20,680 nt of DNA from Paraphysomonas bandaiensis (lineage: Eukaryota; Protista; Chrysophyceae): contig CBFFRP010000341.1 of the NCBI GenBank assembly GCA_965644295.1, forward strand, positions 1 through 20,680, in the 5' to 3' direction. Below the pieces are notes generated by a model, which saw only the letters and a list, made by a program, of their open reading frames with translations, did no database searches and was not told the origin of the DNA. The position numbers and the translations under genes were made by a program. Of this stretch, positions 9,986 through 20,136 are shown piece by piece; position 1 is the first letter of the stretch, and every line of letters starts with the position of its first letter.

Positions 9986-12900
9986 ATGGTGTTTCGCAGT
10001 CAGCTGAAGTCTGTCCTGTGGAAGAATGTTATCGTTAAGAGCCGACACCCTGTAGAGCTGTTACTGGAGTTCTGTATCCCTCTGTTGGTGCTAGTGGGCA
10101 TGTGGGGAATAAGACTATCGATAAATCTTCGTGTGACGGATGCTTTTCTTCCGGCGAAGTCGATGTATGCGCCCTCCATAGATGAAATATTTTTAAATCC
10201 AGAATGCGAAGTCGAGAATCTGGTTTGGTCGTGTTTGGAGTCACCCTCTAACTGTGATACATTTTCTGAAGAGTCGAAGTCCTTTGTGGGATGTAAACTT
10301 AAAGTTATTGCAGTGGCTCCTAAGGATGGAGACGACAGTGAGTCCGTCGACGCCGCTCGTGGATTCATTGACTGGGCAAATGACGCAATCGATGCAACTA
10401 ACAATGTTTCATTATTTGAGTACTTTAATTCTCAAAAGGATTTCATCGACCAAATCAGTAGGTCCAAGTACTCACAGGACGACTCGAGTATATATTCGGT
10501 TGCTGTAATATTCAACGGTGGACACCCGGGTTGGGACTATACTATCCGGCAGAACCAGTCATTTCATGTGGAAGCCGATGATGACCCGTACTCAACTCCA
10601 CAAACTCGTATTCCCGCCATCAGCATTAGCCTAGAGACCGCGGACGAGTACCCAGAGGACGGGAGTACATGGACTATGGAGCCATATCTTCATTCCTACT
10701 TAAGAACTGGTGTGTTTGCTCTACAAGATGCAGTTAATAGCTATATAGCCACTGTTTCTTGTCGTATCGAAGGCTTATGCTTAAGTAACGAGACGGTTAC
10801 CCTACATATGGACGGCGCGGCTGATTTCCCGAACAGGGAAATTGAGGAGGACATATTTTGGCAGCAGATTGGGTTTGTGTTTGCTTTGTTGATGATCATG
10901 GCACTGCTTTACCCTCTCGCCAATGTGATAAAGACCCTTGTTAATGAGAAGGAAACACGCGTAAGGGAGGGTATGATGATGATGTCTCTTCGGGGAGATG
11001 TAATATGGATTGGCTGGGTGTTGTTTTATATGGTGTGCATATTCATCCCGTTGTCTCTTTTTCTTACTCTGGTGGGGCGACAGATATTTGTGTACTCCGA
11101 TATGTCGTATATATTCCTCTACTTTTTGTCATTTTTTATGGCATCCCTGGCCTACTGCATTCTTGTTTCCATAGTGTTTTCTCGGGCCAAAACTGCTGCT
11201 GTTGCAGGATGCTTTGTGTTTTTTGCGGGATATTTTGTATACGTTGGGTTGCAGAGCACTGACAGTGACCGAGCTACCCTCCTCCTTGCTTGTCTGCACC
11301 CTGCCTCTGCTTTCACATTCGGTACTCTTGCCTTCCAGGAGTATGAGGACGCGAAAATTGGCATTACGGATAATACTTGGGATGTGTCACAAGAATATGA
11401 TATATCCTTTCTAGATACTATCATCATGCAGTTTGTTAACACTGCTTACCTGCTAGTTCTGTCCTGGTACCTCACGCAAGTCTGGCCGTCAGAGTACGGG
11501 GTTCATAAGCCGTGGTACTTTCTATTCACGCCGGACTATTGGCGACCGCTATGTGTAGGAATATGCTCTATTGCAGGTCTTAGTCAACGTCCAGTCCTGG
11601 CACGACTTCCCTCTTATGGTGATGAAAATGAGAGGAGTGGTGTCGAGATGGCTGCACGTAACAGAGCCAAAAGTGACCCTCCATGTATTCCAATTGAAGA
11701 TGTACCCAACAATTTGAAGTCTCAAGTGGAAGACAAGAAATGTGTCCACATACACAACCTCCGAAAGTCATTCCACACAAATACTGGGGAGAAGGTGGCT
11801 GTGGATGGCCTGAATATGACGTTCTACTCAGGCCAGATCACAGCCCTTCTGGGACACAATGGAGCAGGTATGTATGTATCTTATGCAGTACACGGTAACT
11901 GTTAGTTTCATGAACTTGTTTATGTGTGTAGGAAAATCAACTTCTATCCACATGTTGACTGGTCTGTATCCTCCTGACCAAGGCACAGCAACCATTGAGG
12001 GGTACGATATCAGACAGGATATGTCCGAAGCGCGCAAAAAATTGGGTGTATGCCCTCAACATGACGTCCTGCAACCAGATATGACAGTAGAAGAGCACCT
12101 TTATTTTTTTGCTAGTATTAAGGGATGCCCTCCGGAGGAAATCGAAAGTGACGTTACTGCCATGATTGACTCGGTTGGTCTCACCAGCAAGCGGAAAGAC
12201 TTTGCGAAGAATCTCTCAGGCAAAAATCTTATGCAGCTAAAGCTGTTATTATTTACAAATGCGTGCAGGCGGACAGAAGCGCAAGCTCTCTGTGGCGATT
12301 GCGTTTATTGGCAAATCTAGAGTTGTGGTTCTTGATGAGCCCACATCTGGAATGGACCCGTACTCCCGCCGCGCTACCTGGAACGTGATCAGCCAACATA
12401 AGGAGGGCAGGGTCATCATTCTCGTCACGCATTTTATGGACGAAGGTAGGAGATACTTGTTTGCATATGATACCGTCTATTAGTACCGACTTAATAGCTA
12501 CTATCCACTTCAGCTGACTTACTTGGTGACCGTATTGCTATAATGGGGGACGGTAAACTCCTTTGCTGTGGATCCTCACTCTTCCTTAAACGTACCTATG
12601 GTGTGGGATACAATATGACCATAGAGAAGGCATCAACTGCCGACTTCGATTCTAATCGAGTCATTGGTACGATAACGGACCACGTTGCTGATGCGAAGGT
12701 TCTGACAAACGTCGGGACGGAGTTGACCGTGCAGTTACCCTTCACTAATGCTGCAGGGTTTCAGTCGCTGTTTGAACTTTTGGATGATACCAAGACAGAG
12801 ATGGGAATTGTGAGCTACGGAATGTCTGTAACCACATTAGAAGAAGTATTTTTGAAGGTAGCGTCTGGTACGACCACAGTTAACACAGCTGTTGAGGGAA

Positions 12901-15900
12901 TGCAACATGAAGGTCATGATGGTGAAAAATACGTCCCTATAAAGGCTCAGGATGTAGGCAATGGTGGGGAGGGTACCATGGTCCGTGTTGCTGAAAAAGG
13001 GGAAGCAGTGGCTCTTGGATTAGATGAGGATACTACAGAGAAACAAACCAGAGCTGCTACTGATATGGAGGCCCAATACTCCCCAGTTGACTCCGTAGTT
13101 CCCATTGGGAAGGACGAACCAATTAAATTATTCAGCCAACACATGCGCGCCTTACTCCTCAAAAGGCTTCTCTACTTTCGACGTGATACCAAATCGTGGG
13201 TATTTCAATTCGTTTTGCCAGTTATTTTTGTGCTTGTGGGTTGCATTATTATGCGGTTCAGTGATTGGGCACCTTCACAACCGTCTATCAAGATTTCAGC
13301 GTCGGATTACAACAAGAAAGTCAGCAACAACTACTTGCCGTTTCCCTACTCCAATGCAGACTTTGTGTGTCCTGTGCGATCAGACTGCTCCGAGATGTTG
13401 AGTCAAGTATCGGGCCAGAGTATGATCATGGACGCTGTTGATAACGCGAATGACCTTCCTGTGGAGCCAGTCGATTACGCAATATCTATTTACAATATGT
13501 CTTATTTTTTGCTTGCTAACCGCGATGAATACCGTGCATCTCGTTATGGCGCTGTTACTTTCAACAATATTCTTTACAATGATAGCAGTGTAAATTCGGG
13601 TGCGATTAGCAGGGTGGACTACGTTACTCATGCGAACTTTACGGGGGTTCATGCAGGACCTATATATACCAACATGTTAGCTGAGGCAGTGCTACATACA
13701 GTGAATTCGGGTGCTTCGATCACACTTCGTATGCATCCCTTACCACAAACAACTAAAGAGAAAGAGCTCTTCGATAATTTTAATGTATCGACAGTGGTGA
13801 ATCTGATTTCAATCGCTCTGGCCTTTATTCCAGCTGCATTTGCTGCCTTCGTGGTATACGAGAAAGAAACCAAGTGCTACCATCAGCAGATTGTATCGGG
13901 AGTATCTAAGCTTGCGTATTGGCTTTCTACCTGGTTATGGGACCTAGCTACTTACCAGATATCCGCATGGCTTATTATTTTGGTTTTGGTTGTGTTTCCA
14001 GACACGGAGTTACTAACGGGAAAAGGAGCGATTGAAGCAACAATTGCCTTATTCATGCTATTTGGCCCCGCACTTTGTGGATTTACCTATATCACATGTT
14101 TCCTTTTTAAAACTGCCGGTAACGCTCAGGTGATCACAGTCTTTATCAACTTTCTTCTGGGACTATGCCTCTCAGTCGCTGGACTGGTACTGCGTTTTAT
14201 ACCAACTACTCATGATGTGTATATGTCATCGATTCGATATATATTTGTTCTCTTTCCCCAGTTCGCTCTTTCGGATGGGCTGAGTAATCTATCTCTAATC
14301 GACTTTTACTCCGACGTAGAGCTTCGTGGAGGCAGGAAATATGACCATCTAGACTGGAATATCACTGGACTACACCTTACCGTCCTTGGTGTGGAGGCTC
14401 TTGGGTTGATTGCAGCTCTGCTCTTAGTGGACTACATACTTTCTCGTAGAGATGTACACAGAATACTAGAAGCGAATAAAGACATGCCGCCAGGGACGGG
14501 AAAAGACAATGATGTGATAGAAATGGAGCGAAAGGTGTTGTCGGGCGAAGTGAATTCTTCCACTTCCCAGGTTTTGATAAAGGATATAAAGAAGCAGTAC
14601 CCCGGGGGCAATTACGCTGTACGTGGTGTGTCTCTCGCCATTCCCAATGGAGAGTGCTTTGGTCTTTTAGGTGCTATATGTTCGTTTTTGTTACTCACAA
14701 CCGTTCATAATTTATTGTGCAGGTGTAAACGGGGCTGGCAAGTCGTCTCTATTAAACATGCTGTCTGGCGAGTTTTTTCCTAGTGAAGGAGACGCCGAGC
14801 TTGCAGGACATAGTATCACAACTGAAATGGATCAGTGTAGGTACCACATCGGGTTTTGCCCTCAGTTCGACGCCATATTCGACTTGCTGTCTGGGAGAGA
14901 ACACCTCAACCTGTATGCTGCTATCAAGGGAGTGCGCCCCGAGAGTATAAACAGTGAAGTCAACGGAAAGGTATCTGACCTGGGACTGACGGAGTACATT
15001 GACAGGGCAGCTGGTGGATACTCCGGAGGTGAGTCAGCCACATAATACCATGGATTTTCGTTCTTATTATATCTACAGGAAACAAGCGCAAACTCTCTGT
15101 AGCGATGGCAATGGTTGCGGAGCCATCGATTTTGTTTCTAGGTAGGTTCCAACTGTGCTCATTGACAAATTTAAGTCGATTTTTCTAGATGAACCGAGTA
15201 CTGGAATGGATCCAATGGCCCGGTATATATTATTGATATGACCATGTATGTCTTTTTTATACTCTGTGCTCAGGCGTTTTATGTGGGAAGTAATCAGCAA
15301 TATGGTTCAACGTCGCGAAAAATGCTCCCTGATTTTGACAACACATAGTATGGAAGAATGCGAAGCTCTTTGCACGCGCATTGGTATCATGGTTGCAGGG
15401 GTTCTTAAGTGCTTGGGAAGTAGTCAGCACTTGAGGTCAACATACGGTTTAGGGTATCAAATTGAAGTCATATTTGAGGTTCCCGCGAAAGATGTCGTGT
15501 CGGATCAGGCGCTGTCCTTGCTTTCTGCTGCTGGCTGTATGGAATCAGCGGTAGTTCTGACCAAAGCTCAGGCTGAACACGCTTTTCTATCAATCGGTGT
15601 TCATGATAAATGGTGGAATAGAATCACTGAGGGTACTGCCTCTGCTGCTGACATCAAGACCGCCTTTGCGGAGCATGGCGAGATCTCTGTAAAGCATCTC
15701 GCCTCGTGGTATATTCTCGAAACGCGATTTGATAATTATATGGAGTTTCTCGGTAAACATTACCCTGGATATGTCATGAGAGAAAGACAATTGGCGAAAG
15801 TAAGAGCAGAGGTACCATTCAATGTCACAGAAGGCACACCGCGTCGTTTATCTGATATGTTTGGACTCATGGAGAGTAATTTGGTGTCCCTCTATATCAA

Positions 15901-15982
15901 AGAGTACTCCATATGCCAGACATCATTGGAACAAATATTTAACTCATTTGCATCTCAACAACTTGTCCTCAACGAAGAGTGA
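9986..15982 (+). CDS. ABCA-subfamily full transporter (TMD-NBD-TMD-NBD); exons 9986-11867, 11932-12219, 12269-12445, 12514-14670, 14723-15028, 15079-15141, 15189-15222, 15274-15982 (~1871 aa)
   Basis: N-terminal QLKSVLWKN motif, [13 protein letters not shown], Walker A GHNGAG|KST and G|VNGAGKSS, signatures LSG|GQKRKL and YSGG|NKRKL, Walker [11 protein letters not shown] and LD|EPSTGMDP, H-loops THFMDEA and THSMEEC, regulatory TLEEVF and SLEQIF. Exon sum is 5616 nt, a multiple of 3. Confidence 0.96.
12220..12268 (+). other. Non-canonical GC-AG intron (49 nt) in the ABCA NBD1 signature motif
   Basis: tca g|GCaaaa...tgcAG|gc gga cag aag is needed to restore LSGGQKRKL. No GT donor exists at the required position. 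Confidence 0.85.
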
Positions 15983-16016
15983 CAACACTAGAATATAGAC
16001 TGTTCCGTTCTGTACT

Positions 16017-16179
16017 GAACACGATTTATGAGGGTTATTAGTAGGTAGCCAGTGTTGAATTTGAATCGCGATAATTACTCGATCTTAGGAATACTTCAGT
16101 GCAAAACTATAATATATACCCTAGTCGAACACGATTTATGAGGGTTATTAGTAGGTAGCCAGTGTTGCATTTGAATCGC
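16017..16179 (+). repeat. 53-bp direct repeat pair (16017-16069 and 16127-16179, 1 mismatch) in the ABCA 3' region
   Basis: gaacacgatttatgagggttattagtaggtagccagtgttg(a/c)atttgaatcgc occurs twice with a period of 110. Confidence 0.95.
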
Positions 16180-16190
16180 AAGCTATTCGA

Positions 16191-16205
16191 TTAGGGTTAG
16201 GGTTA
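16191..16205 (+). repeat. Short telomere-like tract (TTAGGG)2.5
   Basis: ttagggttagggtta seen directly. A telomeric origin is inferred only. Confidence 0.45.
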
Positions 16206-16427
16206 TACGCTGTCCCCCGATCGCTCTTTACCCAATTGAGGTGTGGATCTGTTCAACAATCAAATTTAAGCCAATCAAAAGAAGTAAGTTTTACCATCGC
16301 GCATTGATCTTGATAGGCTCTGTGAGCGTTTTAAGCTCATAACTCAGCAGGATCATTTTTTTAGGCAGAGGTTGTATTTTTTTACTAGAGTTATGTGGGT
16401 ATTCTGCATTTACTGATAGTACTAGAG

Positions 16428-16877
16428 AAACTTGGGAAGAAGTTTCCAATCCGAACTACTGTCTGCTACCATGTTAGAAATTGACATTTCCAGTAATAAG
16501 ACCTTTATATTGAATGTCTTTTTATTTAGCAATAGGCGTTAAAAACTCGTTCCGATATAGTGGCTAGTTGAATACTAAGACCTTTATAAACACTTATATA
16601 GAATATTATATAATTATAAGAGATACTCTACTTCATTCATTGACGTTCACCAACTATTTATATCTCTACTACACCAACCATTTCTAGTACGATCTTACAT
16701 CGTCACTATCTTATACGGTCAGTATATTTCAGTTTCATCACTACAATGGCTATCATATTATTGGTTCTCATAATACAGTTAGCTACTACTGTATTCTCTG
16801 AGTAACGGATATAATTCAAATATCTTAGAATCTACAGCTTTTAATTGCTCACAAACCACAAACAGCAAAACTCAACA
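16428..16877 (-). mobile_element. Truncated copia copy: 5' LTR (16877-16472) plus PBS and gag start (44 bp in total)
   Basis: The reverse complement matches 16921-17289, with about 5 substitutions in the LTR. It carries a 66-bp insertion with a 13-bp duplication and a 7-bp tandem duplication (cacaaac, 16850-16863). Homology stops abruptly at 16428. Confidence 0.93.
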
Positions 16878-16920
16878 CTATAAAGCTTTTTATAAAATGT
16901 TAGGAGCTCAAACCTCTATC

Positions 16921-17243
16921 TGTTGAGTTTTTGCTGTTTGTGAGCAATTGAAACCTGTAGATTCTAAGATATTTGAATTATATCCGTTACTCAAAGAATA
17001 CAGTAGTAGCTAACTGTATTATGAGAACCAATAATATGATAGCCATATTGTAGTGATGAAACTGAAATATACTGACCGTATAAGATAGTGACGATGTAAG
17101 ATCGAACTAGAAATGGTTGGTGTAGTAGAGATATAAATAGTTGGTGAACGTCAATGAATGAAGTAGAGTATCTCTTATAATTATATAATATTCTATATAA
17201 GTGTTTATCAAGGTCTTATTACTGGAAATGTCAATTTCTAACA
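16921..17243 (+). mobile_element. 5' LTR of a Ty1/copia retrotransposon (323 bp)
   Basis: Termini TGTTGAG...TCTAACA, homologous to the solo LTR, and directly followed by the PBS and gag. Confidence 0.95.
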
Positions 17244-17244
17244 T

Positions 17245-18572
17245 ATGGTAGCAGACAGTAGTTCGGATTGGAAATTTCTTCCCAAGTTTGATCAGTTCGG
17301 TGTAGTGAACTGGTCAAAGAACCTGAAAGTGTGGTTGATGAGAAAGAACAGAAACCATCTGGGTCTAGATGAGGACCGTCCAGTAAGACCAGCAAATAAT
17401 GCGTCGGTGACTGTCCGAAATAAGTACAAGGAGGATCTGGACAGGTGGCTGGAGAGGAAATACACGTGCATCAGTTCGATATTTGAAGCTGTTCAACCAG
17501 TCGCTGAAGCCCTTGAGATCGTGGATCAGTACTTCCGGGAAAAGGATATGCTCCCGCAGGACCATCCTGATAAAGAGCAGTTTTGCGAGTGAACTCATCT
17601 CTGGGTTAATTGTTCGGTTTCGAGAGGAAATCCAATATGAATTAGTTGAATTGAATAAGAAGTTTGCAGGATTCAAAATTCTACCGGGGGAACTCGTGTG
17701 CGTAGCAATCGATCGACTAAACGGCATCTGTCAAAAAATGTCCGAGTTGGGGGAACCACCCACACTGACATCGCTAAAAAAACGAAGTTACAGACTGCCC
17801 TCGAAACACGAAGTGATTTGGAGCAATTGTACACCAATCTCTACCTACAAGGTGACATAACCTTTATTGATATGATAACCATATGCAGGAGATACGATCA
17901 GGCAAAAGGTGTCCCGAAAGAAGGCACCGAAGTAAACATGAATTCTACTGCTGATGAAAATGAGGTGTACAGCTATTCCAAATGTGGCAAACGGGGCCAC
18001 TCACAGAAAACGTGTTGGAAGAAGAAGAGAGATCTTAAGATTGCGAAATTAAGAAGGAAGGGAAAGAGTCGTGTCGCTAGGAATCGATCTGAGAGTCACA
18101 GAGACAACAACAAGAAGAAAAATTCAGATGGCTGTTATGTATGTGGAGACACCAGACATCATGCGTATAAATGCAAATTTTGTGCTCAAGTACGTAGTGA
18201 CTCTATTCAAAGAGACAAAAACCGGCCATTTTTGGACGAAAAGCCTGCAAAACGCACAGATTGGAATCGTTTTTTGCGGAGAGAGGAGCAAGAGGAAGAT
18301 TCTGACTCTGTGAACATGATTATGTATGAGGAACCGCATGATGATTCATGTGTCTCTGAAGAGGTGCTACACACTTCCGATGAATCCGTGTATTTAGACA
18401 GCTGTGCCTCAAATAAACTGTTCATTGTTAAGGACAGAAATTTTCTTCATACGGTCAAGAAGGAGGATGAAGATATACAGACACAACCAGAGCTGGATCC
18501 AGTTTACATTATGAGGAAACTGGAGGCTTTGGCGATTGGACTGACATCAAGATCTGCCCTGGATCAGTCAAG
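17245..18572 (+). pseudogene. Frameshifted copia gag-protease, truncated before integrase
   Basis: Gag N-terminus (PKFDQFGVVNWSKNLKVWL), a UBN2-like region (FKILPGELVCVAIDRLNGICQKMSELGEP), zinc knuckles (degenerate ..KCGKRGHSQKTC and intact CYVCGDTRHHAYKC) and protease VYLDSCASNKLF...TGGFGDWTDIKICPGSVK. Frameshifts occur near 17581 (+1), 17762 (+2) and 18484 (+2). Confidence 0.88.
17246..17255 (+). promoter_or_regulatory. Primer binding site, probably tRNA-iMet
   Basis: TGGTAGCAGA begins after a 2-nt gap following the LTR terminal CA. It is complementary to the ...UCUGCUACCA 3' end known for many eukaryotic initiator tRNAs. A mirror copy lies at 16462-16471 (-). Confidence 0.8.
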
Positions 18573-20136
18573 TGCAATGGAACTCAGGTTGGGACCTGAG
18601 AGCCAAACTCTAAATAAGCTAAAACTCGCTCTAAAAGAGAGAATGCTGCTTATTATTAACTTATACCACTTCTGCAGTACTAAATGCTTCTCGGCACTCC
18701 AAGAAACTAAAGCACAACTCACCAGCTATGCAGTTCAGTACTAAACAGAAAAGTGACGAGCTACAACCAACAAAGAGAGAACAAGCTTAACTAAAAAGAA
18801 TGACGATGCGCTTGGGCGTCGACAGCCATAAATACAGTGACTAAATCCAAATTTTCTGCGAAGGAGTGACGATATTTATGAATATTCTTGGAGAATTCTT
18901 CTTGTTCATACTCTACACATTAATGTATGGACTCTGCCGTATACCTATACGCTCTGAACTGCTGCTCATCTAAACATAATAAGCACTCGACTAATCAGCT
19001 TTGAGAATAGGGAAAGCATTGGCTCAGTATTCGCTTCCTGTATTTATACAGTGTAGGGTACAGTATACGATAGAGGAATACTGCAAATACATCTCATACA
19101 GTGTGTACGGTATACAGTGCGGTTCTTGCTGAGAGGAGATGCAGCTCGCTCCAAACTGCCATCTTAATGTGATTGCAGCACAAATACCGAACATGCTTAT
19201 AAGCGAGCAGATTATCGTGAAGATTGAACCATATGTCCAGAGATGCATTGCCATTGTACTCGCTAAAGACCACTGCTTCCTCAATTGCCGATATCGAGTA
19301 CGAGGCGATATAGTATATTGACTGTGCAGCATCAGTACGAGGGTCCACACAGTGTGATGATCAAATGGAAGGTTCCGTAAAATCATGTAATCAGTACGTA
19401 CAGTCATGACAGGTGATATATAGGTCCTTCTTCCAGACAGAGACGGTCTATGGCAACCCTTAGTCACCATTAATTGGAAATGGATATATGAACCACACAG
19501 AGGCATATAATAACGGTAGAGAAGCCGCAGACACATCCACTGACTGCAGGAAAAGCACATATACACTGTGTACGTACTATAGGTGATTGTAGAAGCTACA
19601 TATGTGCATTTACAGGCCACTGGTTGAATATAGAGCCATGTACACATATATATCATATATTAGGGTAAGGATACAACATATATATATACTAGGTTGAAAG
19701 AGAGATACTAGGTTAGTATGTACACATATATACATGTATACATCCAAACTGTAATATTAATAACTCTTCAAAAGAATTATATATCACAGCCCAGCATATA
19801 GAATAGAAGATAGTGCTGATGATTATAAACCTGCTTTAAACCTGCACAGGTTTACACTCACTTCGACCTCGTCTTTGATTTTGTTGTAGTGTTGTAGTGT
19901 TGTGTAGCGACATAGAGAGATTGAATGTTTGTTCTCTTCTTGTCTATCTGACGTAAAATTAATTATATCAAAGAACATTCACGGCTTGTGTTTGTTTCTG
20001 GCAGTGCACCCGTTGTTGTGCCTGGACAGTACCGCAGCCCACTGGCGGGTACTATTTAGTTAAGTTTAAGTCACAGACAAGACACATAACTTTTCTCAGT
20101 GCACTTGCTTTGGATCACGGCTTGTGATTCAATTGG

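Noticed and set aside
16017-16179. CRISPR-like repeat-spacer-repeat
   Set aside because: Only two 53-bp units, the 'spacer' partly duplicates upstream sequence, the context is eukaryotic and there are no cas genes.
16551-16575. tccgatatagtggcta resembles a tRNA-Glu 5' end
   Set aside because: Too short, with no cloverleaf or B box.
17245-18744. Programmed ribosomal frameshifting in gag-pol
   Set aside because: Three shifts at small local duplications within domains; decay or sequence error is the simpler explanation.
18573-18919. TG...CA block as a second LTR family (likewise ~19884-20140)
   Set aside because: No matching TSD (tcaag vs ttaat), weak terminal inverted repeats and no second copy in the window.
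19024-19656. 210-aa and 84-aa minus ORFs; HVRYLCCNH faintly like a hAT/MULE CxxH motif
   Set aside because: The long ORF starts in TA-rich low-complexity DNA, and no catalytic DDE context is recognisable.
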